Source: an uncultured Chloroflexia bacterium
GTDB taxonomy: Bacteria > Chloroflexota > Limnocylindria > Limnocylindrales > CSP1-4
Length of the DNA: 64,000 bases
Direction of reading: 5' to 3'
Assembly: GCA_963763775.1 (NCBI GenBank)
Contig: CAVXPZ010000004.1
Coordinates: forward strand, 96,001-160,000
Numbering within the stretch: position 1 is the first letter of the stretch; every line of letters starts with the position of its first letter. Positions 27,647 to 37,374 of this stretch are shown here, piece by piece. Position numbers and translations under genes: made by a program. A model generated the notes under the pieces. That model was not told where the DNA came from. It ran no database searches and worked only from the letters and a program-made list of their open reading frames with translations.

Positions 27647-29779
27647 ATGTCTCGCGCTCGCGCTCCACATCGCCTTGCCTCGCGGACCGCCACGCTCATC
27701 GCTGCCATCGGGTTGGTCGCGGCCATCGTGACGCCGGCCCTCGCCGCGGATCCGACGACGCCTCCGCGACGCTCCGAGGCCCTCCGGCCCGACCGCCCGG
27801 CGTGGGATGCCGCCACAGCGCAACCGGCGACGCTGGCGGTCACGGGCACGCAACTGATCGTGCGGTTCCGCGACGGATCGAGCGGCGCCGAGCGGCGCCG
27901 CGCCACGGCCCTCCCCGGCGTGACCCGCCTCCAGGACCTACCGTCGAGCGGCATCGCGGTCGTGCGCACGGCCGACGCGGACCCGGCCGCCGCGATCGCC
28001 GCGATCGAGGCGGATCCCCGGGTCCTCGACGTCACGCTCGACCACCAGTTCTTCCGCGACGACGACCCCCAGGGCGAGTCCTTCTGGTCCGAGCAGTGGG
28101 GCATGGACAACACGGGCCAGCTGATCTACCAGGGCAAGGCCGGGTCCGCGGGGCGCGCCAACATCGATATCGACGGGCTCCAGGCGCTCGGCGTCACCGA
28201 GGGCGACCCGAGTGTCGTCGTCGCGGTGATCGACGACGGCGTCGATTTCAGCCATCCGGACCTAGCCGGGCGCGCGTGGACCAACGCGGGCGAGACCGGC
28301 ACCGACGGTGATGGCAACGACAAGCAGACCAACGGCATCGACGACGACGGCAACGGCTACATCGACGATGTCCACGGCTGGGACTTCTGCAACAACGACA
28401 ACACGGTCCACGACTTCGACGAGGACTTCCACGGCACCCACGTGGCCGGCACGATCGCCGCGTCGCTCGACGGCGAGGGCGTCGTCGGCGTCGCGCCGCA
28501 GGTCCAGATCATGGCGCTCAAGTTCATCAACGGGACGTCCGGGTGCGGCCACGAGTCGCAGGCCATCAAGGCGATCGCGTACGCCAAGCACTTCGGCGTC
28601 CGGATCGCGAACACGTCCTGGGGCGTCCGCGCGAGCAAGAACGCCATCCCGGCCCTCAAGAGCGCCATCTCGCACTCCGGGATGCTCTTCGTGGCGTCGG
28701 CGGGCAACTACGGCATCAACAACGACACCGATGCCTTCCCGGCGTTGCCGGCCACTTACGACCTATCCAACGTCCTGTCGGTCGCCGCGGTCGACAACCG
28801 GGGCCGGATGCCGGCCTTCTCGGACTACGGCAAGAAGACCGTCGACATCGCGGCCCCGGGCGTCGGCATCCTGAGCAGCCTCCCGGGCGACTCGGACTTC
28901 CCGGATCCGCACTGGGGCTGGCTCGACGGGACGTCGATGGCTGCGCCGCACGTCACGGGCGTCGCCGCCCTCGTGATCTCGCAGCTCCCCGGCCTCGCAT
29001 CGAACCCCGCGGCCGTCAAGGCCCGGATCCTCGCCACGGGCAAGTCGGTCGCGGGCGCGCGAGGGCGGACCACGAGCGGCAAGATCGTCGACGCGTTCCG
29101 CGCGGTGGACATCGATGGGCCGACCGCCGAAGCGCCGAACGCGTTCGGGTTCGCGCGAGGCTCCATCCTGGGCCGCTCGACGGTCCGGGCGCACGCCGGG
29201 TGGCCCGCCGCGACCGACGACTTGACCGGCGTCTCCGCCTATCGCGCGGGCCAACGCACGGATTCCGGTGCGTGGACCACCCTCGTGAGCGAGACCACGG
29301 CTCGCTCGGCATCGTCCACCTTGAAGCTCCGCCACCTCGCGACGTTCCGGGTCCGAGCCAAGGACGTGTCGGGGAACTGGGGCGCCTACGTGAGCGGGCC
29401 TGATGTCCGACCGTCGGTCGCCCAGGAGACCGGCGCCGGCGCGGTCTACGCCGGCGGGTGGAGGCACTCGCGGAGCTCGTCCTGGTCCGGGGGCACCACC
29501 CGCTACGCCCGCAAGGCGGGGGCGACGGCCACGTTCACCTTCAACGCCCGGGCCTTCGCCGTGGTCGCCCCGAAGGGCCCGACACGCGGCTCGTTCCGCC
29601 TGTACATCGACGACGTGTATGCCGGGACGATCTCGCTGAATCGGTCGTCGTCGCAGGCCCGGGTGCTGGTCGCGACGAAGACGTGGACGGACCTCGGCGA
29701 CCACACGGTGAAGATCGTCGTGGTCGGGACGGCGCATCATCCGCGCGTCGACGTGGACGCCCTCGTCCTGATGCGCTAG
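27647..29779 (+). CDS. Secreted S8 serine peptidase with C-terminal Fn3-like/jelly-roll domains
   Basis: VAVIDDGVD, DDDGNGYIDD..GWDF, HGTHVAGTI, GTSMAAPHV; GAGGGG RBS. Confidence 0.9.
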   Translation: MSRARAPHRLASRTATLIAAIGLVAAIVTPALAADPTTPPRRSEALRPDRPAWDAATAQPATLAVTGTQLIVRFRDGSSGAERRRATALPGVTRLQDLPSSGIAVVRTADADPAAAIAAIEADPRVLDVTLDHQFFRDDDPQGESFWSEQWGMDNTGQLIYQGKAGSAGRANIDIDGLQALGVTEGDPSVVVAVIDDGVDFSHPDLAGRAWTNAGETGTDGDGNDKQTNGIDDDGNGYIDDVHGWDFCNNDNTVHDFDEDFHGTHVAGTIAASLDGEGVVGVAPQVQIMALKFINGTSGCGHESQAIKAIAYAKHFGVRIANTSWGVRASKNAIPALKSAISHSGMLFVASAGNYGINNDTDAFPALPATYDLSNVLSVAAVDNRGRMPAFSDYGKKTVDIAAPGVGILSSLPGDSDFPDPHWGWLDGTSMAAPHVTGVAALVISQLPGLASNPAAVKARILATGKSVAGARGRTTSGKIVDAFRAVDIDGPTAEAPNAFGFARGSILGRSTVRAHAGWPAATDDLTGVSAYRAGQRTDSGAWTTLVSETTARSASSTLKLRHLATFRVRAKDVSGNWGAYVSGPDVRPSVAQETGAGAVYAGGWRHSRSSSWSGGTTRYARKAGATATFTFNARAFAVVAPKGPTRGSFRLYIDDVYAGTISLNRSSSQARVLVATKTWTDLGDHTVKIVVVGTAHHPRVDVDALVLMR

Positions 29780-29823
29780 GTCCGCCGGCCGCCGCGCCCG
29801 ACCCCAGGGAAGCCTCGCCCGCC

Positions 29824-30192
29824 TCAGCTCCCCCGGTAGGTCGTCATCGAGTACGGCGCGAGCAGCAGCGGCACGTGGTAGCTGCGGGTCGGGTCGGTGA
29901 TGCGCAGCTCCACCGCGAGCTTCGTGAAGAACGTGACGTCCTCGTGCGCGACGTCGAACTCGAGGCGGTAGTCGCCGGCCGCGAGCGGGCGGTCGAGGAG
30001 GTCGCGGACGCGCCCGTCGCCGTCGGTCAGGGCCTGCGTCATCCGGATCGGCTTCTCGCCGACGTCGAGCCGGTAGAGCGTCACGTGGACGCCGACCGCG
30101 GGCGTGCCCCGCTCGGTGTCGAGGACGTGCGTCGAGATCGTGGGCCGGGTCGGCAGGGTGGCATCGGGGGCGTCGCTGGGCTGGGCGGCCAC
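29824..30192 (-). CDS. uraH: 5-hydroxyisourate hydrolase
   Basis: STHVLDT..G.PA, TDGDGR, YHVPLLLAPYSMTTYRGS signature. Confidence 0.95.
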   Translation of the reverse strand: MAAQPSDAPDATLPTRPTISTHVLDTERGTPAVGVHVTLYRLDVGEKPIRMTQALTDGDGRVRDLLDRPLAAGDYRLEFDVAHEDVTFFTKLAVELRITDPTRSYHVPLLLAPYSMTTYRGS

Positions 30193-30206
30193 GCTATCCT
30201 CCGCGG

Positions 30207-30630
30207 ATGGGAACGTTGCGCATCGAGGTCGGCGACCTCCACTTTAGCGCCCGCTGGGACCCGGCCGCTCCCCGGACGATCGACGCCATCCGGCGGATGC
30301 TCCCGATCGAGTCGAAGCTGATCCACTGCCGCTGGACCGGCGAGTCCACGTGGATCCCGTTCGGCGACTTCCGGCCCGGGCCTCGAGTTCGAGAACCACA
30401 CGTCGCACCCGGCCCCGGGCACGCTCGCGATCTACCCGGGCGGCATCAGCGAGTGCGAGATCTTCTTCCCGTACGGCGGCTGCACGACCGCCTCGAAGGT
30501 GGGACAGCTGGCCGCGAACGTGTTCGCGTCGGTGGTGCCCGACGACGGCTGGGACGACCGCCTCCGCGAGGTCGGCCGGCGCTGCCTGTGGGACGGTGCC
30601 CAGACGATCCGGATCAGCGAGGTCGAGTGA
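30207..30630 (+). CDS. DUF3830 (cyclophilin-like fold) protein, one frameshift near 30381
   Basis: APRTIDA..RMLP, IHCRWTGESTW, ENHTSHPAPG.LAIYPGGISECEIFFPYG, SKVGQLAAN, LWDGAQ; stop overlaps the next GTG. Confidence 0.8.
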
Positions 30631-32030
30631 CCGACCTGGTCATCCGCGGCGGGACGGTCGTCACGGCCGCAGGGTCGCGGCGGGCGGACGTCGCGGTCCG
30701 CGGCGGCGTCATCGAGGCCGTGGAGCCGGACCTCAGCGGACCGGCGGCGGCCGCGGCCGAGGTGGTCGACGCGACCGGGCTGCTGATCCTCCCCGGCGCG
30801 GTCGATGCGCATACGCATACGCGCGTCGCCTCGGACCAGCACCCTGACCGGTTCTTCCAGGATTCGATCGCGGCGGCGTTCGGCGGGACGACGACCTTCC
30901 TCTCGTTCAACAACCCGGGCACGGGGTCGTCGCCCGCGGCGGAACGGTCGCTTCGCGTCGGCGTCCGGGAGTGGCGAGTCGCGACGGACGGCGACAGCGC
31001 CGTCGACGTCGGGCTCGCCCTGGCGGTCAGCGGCCATGCGGAAGACCCGCTCGCGGAACTCCCCGCGACCATCGATGCCGGCGTCGCCACCTCCAAGGCG
31101 TTCATGGTGTTCGACTTCCGGCTCGAGGACCGGCGGCTCTTCGAGGCGATGCGGGTGATGGCCCGACGCGGCGGCATGCTCCAGGTCCACTGCGAGGACC
31201 CCGTCCTCCTTGACGCCGCGGTCGCGGACGCGCTGGCGCGCGGCGACACGGCGCCACGCTTCCACGCGACCACCCGGCCGCCGTACGTCGAGGCCGTGGC
31301 CACGGCGCGGGCCCTCGCCTTCGCCCGACAGGCCGACGCACCCGTGCATGTCGTGCACCTCTCGTCGGCGGCCGCGCTCGACGAGGTCCGTCGCGCCAAG
31401 GCGGCCGGCGTCCGGGTCACGGCCGAGACGTGTCCGCACTACCTCGTCCTCACGGACGACCGATACGACGACCCCGACCCGGCGGTGTGCGCTCGCTACG
31501 TGATCTCGCCGCCGTTGCGGTCAGCGGCGGACCGCGACGCCCTGTGGGCCGGGCTCGCGGACGGCTCGCTGGACCTCGTCGCCACCGACCACGTCGCCGA
31601 CCGCCTCGACACGGAGAAGGCCGAGGCCGCGCGCGGCGTGCCCTTCGACCGCATCTCGAACGGCGCGCCCGGCATCGAGACGCTCCTGACGATCCTGTAC
31701 GGCCAGGGCGTGGCCGCCGGCCGCATCACCGTGGAACGGATGGTCGACCTCATCGCCACGACACCGGCCCGGCGGTTCGGCCTGGCGCGCAAGGGCGAGG
31801 TCGCCGTCGGCAAGGACGCCGACCTCGTGCTGTTCGACCCGCTGGCGCGCCGGACGATCCGCGCGGCGGACCTCCATCACACCAGCGACTACACGCCGTA
31901 CGAAGGGCTGGACGTCGCGGGAGCGGTCCGCTCCGTGTTCGTGCGCGGGAGCGCGGTCGTTCGCGACGGCGCGTTCGTCGGCCAGCGCGGCCACGGCCGG
32001 TTCATCGAGCGAGGGCCGATCGGAGCCTGA
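30627..32030 (+). CDS. Cyclic amidohydrolase (dihydropyrimidinase/allantoinase family)
   Basis: LPGAVDAHTH, GGTTT, SKAFM, HCED, HVVHLS, ETCPHYL, SPPLR, ATDH, DADLVLFDP. Confidence 0.85.
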   Translation: MTDLVIRGGTVVTAAGSRRADVAVRGGVIEAVEPDLSGPAAAAAEVVDATGLLILPGAVDAHTHTRVASDQHPDRFFQDSIAAAFGGTTTFLSFNNPGTGSSPAAERSLRVGVREWRVATDGDSAVDVGLALAVSGHAEDPLAELPATIDAGVATSKAFMVFDFRLEDRRLFEAMRVMARRGGMLQVHCEDPVLLDAAVADALARGDTAPRFHATTRPPYVEAVATARALAFARQADAPVHVVHLSSAAALDEVRRAKAAGVRVTAETCPHYLVLTDDRYDDPDPAVCARYVISPPLRSAADRDALWAGLADGSLDLVATDHVADRLDTEKAEAARGVPFDRISNGAPGIETLLTILYGQGVAAGRITVERMVDLIATTPARRFGLARKGEVAVGKDADLVLFDPLARRTIRAADLHHTSDYTPYEGLDVAGAVRSVFVRGSAVVRDGAFVGQRGHGRFIERGPIGA

Positions 32031-32614
32031 GCGCCGGGCTCTCGCCGAGCATGACGTCGAGCCCGAGCATGATCCATCCGACGCCGTTGAGGGCGATGCC
32101 GATCAGCGAGATCGGGCCGAAGATCGTCGGGTTCGCCTCGGACGTCAGTCCGAGCCGGTCGATGCCGAGGATGGCAAGGGTCGACCCGACGGCGAGCGCG
32201 AGCGCGCCCCACCGCGTGACAGCCCCGAGTCGCCACGTCACGAGCCCGAAGACGGCATCGGTCAGCCATAGCGCGATGCCGCCGTAGAACAGGACCAAAC
32301 CTTCGTCGCCGGCGAATGGATGCCACGGCCCGTTCGGCAGGATCACCGCGCGAAGCAGGTACAAGGATGTTCGCCGCGATGGCGGCCAGCGCCACGACGC
32401 GCGCGAGGTTGGGCGATCTGGCCACTTGTCTCCGATGGACGGCGGCCACGACGGCGATGGATCCGAGGAGGTAGAGCGCGAGCCGGACATCGTTGACTCC
32501 GGCCGGGATCCCGACGACGAACGCCGCCAGGAGGACGGAGCCGGCGACGACCCCGGCCGCGCCGAGCAGGCGGGTCGGCATGGACAGCGACGAGGCTCCG
32601 GTTCGAGCGGTCAT
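32002..32614 (-). CDS. Membrane protein (frameshifted), second gene downstream of PadR
   Basis: Hydrophobic helices split between ORFs 31889..32614 and 32002..32490; AAGGAGG RBS. Confidence 0.6.
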
Positions 32615-32645
32615 CGATCGTCCTCCTTCGACTCCCTCGCCGAGG

Positions 32646-33377
32646 TCAGGCGGACATCGTCGCCGGTCGGTCGAGGCGGACCGCCTGGACGCCGAGCGTG
32701 AGCCAGCCGAGCGCGAAGCAGGCCATCCCGACCGGGATCAACGCCCCGACGTGGAGGAACGCCTCGCTGAGGATGACGACGATCCCGACGCCGATGAGCG
32801 CCGCGCCGACGCGCGACAGGACCCGCGTCCGGTACGTCACCGCCGCGAACAGCCCCGAGCCGAGCATGACGGTCACGACGCCGATGAACCAGAGGCCCCA
32901 GAACCCGTCGCCGCCGATCATGACCGACCCGGCATACCCCGCAAAGAACACGACGGTGCCGATCGCGGTGACGGCAAAGGCCACCCAGATGGCGCCGGGA
33001 TGGCTTCGAGCCTGGAACGCGCTGAGCCCGGCCACGGCGACCAGCAGCACGATCATGCCGACCATCAGCATGGCGACCGGCAGGTCGCCGCTGACGTCGC
33101 CCACGACGCCGATGCTGAGCAGACCGCCGACCGCCCACAGGACGGCGCCGAGGATGGCGGCGAACCCGCCGATACGAAGCGACATGGGAAAACCCCTTCC
33201 TTGTGCTGTGGAGGCGGCGCCGTGTCGGCGCGACCGGAGTCGCGCATCGAGGGCGCCGAGGAGGATGTCCGCCACGTCGTACGGTCCGAGCGGGCGCTCC
33301 TCGAGGATCGCCAGGAACTCGTCGCCGTAGCGTTCCCGCCATCGCGCGGGGTAGCAGCGGACCAGCAGTGATCTCAT
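32646..33377 (-). CDS. PadR-associated membrane protein
   Basis: N-terminal LLVRCYPARWRERYGDEF motif typical of PadR-linked membrane proteins, followed by several TM helices. Confidence 0.75.
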   Translation of the reverse strand: MRSLLVRCYPARWRERYGDEFLAILEERPLGPYDVADILLGALDARLRSRRHGAASTAQGRGFPMSLRIGGFAAILGAVLWAVGGLLSIGVVGDVSGDLPVAMLMVGMIVLLVAVAGLSAFQARSHPGAIWVAFAVTAIGTVVFFAGYAGSVMIGGDGFWGLWFIGVVTVMLGSGLFAAVTYRTRVLSRVGAALIGVGIVVILSEAFLHVGALIPVGMACFALGWLTLGVQAVRLDRPATMSA

Positions 33378-33697
33378 GGTTCGAGCTCGTGGAGCTGCCG
33401 CAGGCCCTGTCGCGCGAACGCCGTCAGGCCCTGGAGCTGATCGGCCAGCATCGAGGCGCCGATCGCGGTGAGGCGGTATGGCCGCCGTCGGTCGACCGGT
33501 GTGAGGGGTTCGATGAATCCCTCGTCCTCGAGGCGCGCCAGCGCCGCGTAGAGGGTGCCGGCACCCATCGGCCGGCCGCTCCCCTGTTCGACGTCCTGCA
33601 TGATCGCGTAGCCGTGTTTCGGCCCGTCGCTCAGGCTGACGAGGATGAGCAGCGACGGCTCGGTGAACCGTCCGAAAGCCGGGGTGTCGGCGCGCAT
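33374..33697 (-). CDS. PadR-family transcriptional regulator
   Basis: LILVSLSDGPKHGYAIM, GTLYAALARLE, RRPYRLT. Confidence 0.92.
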   Translation of the reverse strand: MRADTPAFGRFTEPSLLILVSLSDGPKHGYAIMQDVEQGSGRPMGAGTLYAALARLEDEGFIEPLTPVDRRRPYRLTAIGASMLADQLQGLTAFARQGLRQLHELEP

Positions 33698-33719
33698 CTG
33701 GACTCCACTATTACGACTG

Positions 33720-33767
33720 TCGATATATCGATGCGCGATATATACGCTTCTGTCCGTGGCGTGTCAA
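33720..33767 (-). promoter_or_regulatory. padR promoter with overlapping palindromic operator
   Basis: TTGACA(33767-33762)-N17-TATATA; ATATATCG-N5-CGATATAT at 33723-33743. Confidence 0.75.
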
Positions 33768-33920
33768 GGGGTACGGCAGGGTTCTCGTGCGCGGATCGTC
33801 GGAGCGATGTCGCGCGGCCGACATCGATCGGGTGTCGCAGGACATCACGACGCGCAACGGCGACGACCTATGGTTCAACCAGGCCGAACGAACGGCGGGT
33901 CAGCGAGAAGGGGAACCGAG

Positions 33921-34151
33921 ATGGGCGACCAGGACACGATCGGACCGGAAGAGGGCTTCAGGATGAAGAATGTCCCCGGGCCGGAGGAGGCGGCGGCCAA
34001 GAAGGCCATCCCGGACACCGAGGACGTCGAGGGTCACACGTACGCCAAGTGGAGCGCGGTCCCGGACGGCGCAGGCCCCGACGACGCGGCGGCCAAGAAG
34101 GCCATCCCCGACGACGCGGGTCCGGACGAGGCGGCCAAGAAGCACCTGTAG
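33921..34151 (+). CDS. Small acidic repeat peptide (76 aa)
   Basis: GAAGGGGA RBS, host-like codons, own terminator; repeats [13 protein letters not shown] / [13 protein letters not shown] / GPDEAAKKH. Confidence 0.75.
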   Translation: MGDQDTIGPEEGFRMKNVPGPEEAAAKKAIPDTEDVEGHTYAKWSAVPDGAGPDDAAAKKAIPDDAGPDEAAKKHL

Positions 34152-34166
34152 CCTCCCGCCACTCGA

Positions 34167-34194
34167 GAGCCGGTCCACCAGGGCCGGCTCTTTC
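34167..34194 (+). terminator. Intrinsic terminator of the small peptide gene
   Basis: GAGCCGGTCC-ACCA-GGGCCGGCTC-TTTC. Confidence 0.7.
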
Positions 34195-34205
34195 GATTCC
34201 GAGCC

Positions 34206-34354
34206 CGGCACGGAACCGTGCCGTCCGACGAAGGTATGCGTCCGGAGAGGCTGCTCCGCCGACGATCGGTCGGGGCGCGTGCCACGCGTCACTGGAACGG
34301 GCCGATCGCGGCCGCGCTGCCCCGTTCCGACGCCCGATGGCACGGATCCGTGCC
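34206..34354. repeat. Two copies of a 16-bp palindrome GGCACGGAWCCGTGCC (REP-like)
   Basis: 34207-34222 GGCACGGAACCGTGCC and 34339-34354 GGCACGGATCCGTGCC. Confidence 0.6.
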
Positions 34355-34396
34355 GACGCCGGCGACGCGGAGACCGATCGACCCGACCGCCACGGC

Positions 34397-35988
34397 CTAC
34401 TCCAGCAGGGCGTACGCCCGCAACGTCAGGAACTCGGCGAAGTCGTCGTCGAGCACCAGGCGGTCGAGCAGATCCGTCGCCTCGATCAGGCGGCCCTCGC
34501 CCGGACCGTCGGGGCCGCGCAGCCGCGCCAGCTCCTCGTCGCGGATCGGCGGCGTATCGCTCCGGCGTGAACGGCGCGCCGTCGTCGAGCTCGACCGCCT
34601 GCGTGATCCAGAGCCACAGCTGCGACCGGCTGATCTCGGCGGTGGCCGCATCCTCCATGAGGTTGTCGATCGCGGCCGCGCCCACGCCGCGCAGCCACGA
34701 GTCCAGGTACGCCAGCGCGACCCGGATGTTCGCGCGGACCCCAGCCTCGGTGACGCCACCGCCGTCGACCGTCAGATCGAGGAGCGCATCGGCCGCCACG
34801 TCCACGTCGTCGCGCGACCGGTCCTTCTGGTTCGGCCGCGCACCGAGCACGCCGTCGAACACCTCCATGGCCACGGGCACGAGGTCCGGGTGCGCCACCC
34901 AGGTGCCGTCGAAGCCGTCGCGGCTCTCCCGCTCCTTGTCGTCGCGGACCTTCGCCAACGCTCGCTCGGTGACCTCGGGGTCGCGCCGGTTCGGGATGAA
35001 CGCCGCCATCCCGCCGATGGCGTGCGCGCCGCGCCGATGGCAGGTCCGGACCAGCAGCTCGGTGTAGGCGCGCATGAACGGCAGGGTCATCGTCAGCAGC
35101 GACCGGTCCGGCGACTCGAGCGACGGTGACGTCCGGAACTTCTTGATCGCGCTGAAGAGGTAGTCCCAGCGGCCCGCGTTGAGCCCGGCGGCGTGCTCGC
35201 GGAGCTCGTACAGGATCTCGTCCATCTCGAAGGCGGCGAGGATCGTCTCGATCAGCACGGTCGCCCGGATCGACCCCCGCGGGATCCCGATCGCGGCCTG
35301 GGCGTGGACGAACACCTCGTTCCAGAGCCGCGCCTCGTGGTGGGACTCGAGCTTGGCGAGGTACAGGTACGGGCCGCTGCCGGCCGCCAGGGCCGCGGCG
35401 CCAGAGTGGAAGAGGTACAGCCCGGCGTCGAACAGCGACGCCGACACCGGCACGCCGTCCACGAGCACGTGCGACTCCACGAGGTGCCAGCCCCGTGGCC
35501 GGACCACGAGCGTGGCGCGCTCCCCGGCGGGCGCGAGCCGGTATGACTTGCCCTCCGGCGAGTCGAACGTGAGAGTCCCGCGCGTCGCTGCGGCGATCGC
35601 CGCCTGCCCGGCGACGACGTTCGCCCACGTCGGCGACAGCGCGTCCTCGAGGTCGGCCATGAAGACCCGGGCGCCGGAGTTCAGGGCGTTGATCATCATC
35701 TTCGGCTCGGCCGGGCCGGTGATCTCGACCCGTCGGTCGTCGAGGTCCGCCGGAGCGGGCGCCACGGTCCAGTCGGACTCGCGGACGTCAGCCGTCGCGA
35801 CGAGGAAGTCCGGGCGTACGCCCGCGTCGATCTCGGCCTGGCGCTCGACACGGCGTCGCAGCAGGTCCAGCCGCACGGCCCCGAATCGGCGCTGGAGGTC
35901 GGCGACGAACGCGAGGGCGTCGTCGGTGAGGACCGCGTCCTGGTCCGGGACGACCGGACCGCGGAGCGTCGACCCCGGGGACGGCCAT
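34397..35988 (-). CDS. aceB: Malate synthase A (frameshifts near both ends)
   Basis: [77 protein letters not shown]. Confidence 0.93.
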
Positions 35989-35995
35989 CAGTCGC

Positions 35996-36847
35996 TCACG
36001 GGCGGTCGTCGCCCCGGCGGACGGTCGCCTCGATCAGCCCGTGCGGCTCGCTGGTCGCGACGTAGACCTGTTGAGGGTTCGTCATCCCGAACGGGGACAG
36101 GTCCGCCAGCCAGTGGTGCAGGTTGGGGAGCACCATGCGGACCGCCTGGAGCTCCTCGTGCCGCTCGAGCATCGCCTTGGCCATGATCCAGATCGATGTC
36201 TGGACACTCGGGCTGTCGTGGTCGGCGAACACCTCGAGGAGCGTCGAGCGGACGGCCGCGTAGGTCGCATCGAAGTCGATGTCGGGCGACCCGTACGCCC
36301 AGATCGCGGTGAGCTTCGTCGCCATCAGCCGATCGTCGGTCTCGGCGAGCGTGGTGTACCGGTCGCGCGGGAACCCGCTGAACCCGGAGCGGGTCGTCTT
36401 CATGACGATGAGATCCTCGACGCCGGCCTCCACCAGCGTCCCATCGCGCGTCGCTGCCACGGTCGCGACGCGCGTCCCCTCGCCCGTCCGCACGAAGGCG
36501 TCGGGCGCCACGGCGCCGTCGACGTCGAGCGGGCGCCAGCCGTGCTCGCGCACGTTCACGGTGGCGCGGTCCACCTGGGACTCGACGAGGAAGTGGCGAG
36601 CGAGGTCGGTCGCGTAGGCCTCGATGGAGCCCGCGAGGTGCTCGACGGCGAAGGCGTACGCCGTGTTCTTCATCGTGTCGGTGGCGATGACGTGGGCGTT
36701 GTCGCCGTCCGTGTGGGCGGCCGTGAAGTCGCCCTCGAGCGCGATCGCGATCGTCAGGTCGTGGATGCCGTGCGGCGTCGTGTCGCGGCCGACGCGGACG
36801 AGCCGGATCGCGGCCTTGCCGTAGCGGTTCGCCCCGAGCTCGATCAC
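35996..36847 (-). CDS. pucL: Uricase (factor-independent urate hydroxylase)
   Basis: YGKA, ATDTMKNT, KTTRSGF.GF.RDRYTTL.ET.DR, SPSVQ, PNLHH, PHGLIEATV. Confidence 0.93.
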   Translation of the reverse strand: MIELGANRYGKAAIRLVRVGRDTTPHGIHDLTIAIALEGDFTAAHTDGDNAHVIATDTMKNTAYAFAVEHLAGSIEAYATDLARHFLVESQVDRATVNVREHGWRPLDVDGAVAPDAFVRTGEGTRVATVAATRDGTLVEAGVEDLIVMKTTRSGFSGFPRDRYTTLAETDDRLMATKLTAIWAYGSPDIDFDATYAAVRSTLLEVFADHDSPSVQTSIWIMAKAMLERHEELQAVRMVLPNLHHWLADLSPFGMTNPQQVYVATSEPHGLIEATVRRGDDRP

Positions 36848-37374
36848 CGCGACGCCTCCTTCGCCCCTGCGTCTGTCGCCTCGGCCAGTCTGGCATGACG
36901 GTCGCGGGCGATGTCGACGACCGCGTCGAGGGCGCGCCCGATCTCAGCGTCGCGGTCTGCCGTGAGCGCGGCCTCGAAACCCGGCAGGAGCGCGCTCCGG
37001 GGACGGCCCGCGACGAAGACGCAGTAGCGGAACCCGAATCGCGCCTCGTACGCGTCGTTGAGCGCGGCGAACTCGGCGGCGAGGTCCGTGACATCGCCGT
37101 GCTCGTAGCCCTGCTCCCCGAACGACAGCGCGGAGACCGAGCCCGGCGGAGCCCCGAGCCGCGGGTGGGCATCGATGAGCTCGAGCTGCTCGGGCTCGGG
37201 CATCGCGTGGGCGATGCGGCGTGCGGCGTCGAACAGGGCATCCGGGGTCGGGAACGGGCGCGCAGCCGCGAGTCGCGCGAGGAACCGGGGCGCCCCCTCG
37301 AAGAGCGGCGCCATCTCCGCGACGAAGGCTTCCGCAGCCGGCCCGTCGGGCGGTCCGTCCGCCGGCTCGGTCAC
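36844..37374 (-). CDS. uraD: OHCU decarboxylase
   Basis: LFEGAP, AHPRLG, S..EQG, LNDAYEARFGF, IARDR. Confidence 0.9.
   Translation of the reverse strand: MTEPADGPPDGPAAEAFVAEMAPLFEGAPRFLARLAAARPFPTPDALFDAARRIAHAMPEPEQLELIDAHPRLGAPPGSVSALSFGEQGYEHGDVTDLAAEFAALNDAYEARFGFRYCVFVAGRPRSALLPGFEAALTADRDAEIGRALDAVVDIARDRHARLAEATDAGAKEASR

Noticed and set aside
30207-32030. 607-aa DUF3830-amidohydrolase fusion in the ORF track
   Set aside because: A frameshift near 30381 joins two genes; DUF3830 ends at its own TGA (30630), overlapping the GTG at 30627.
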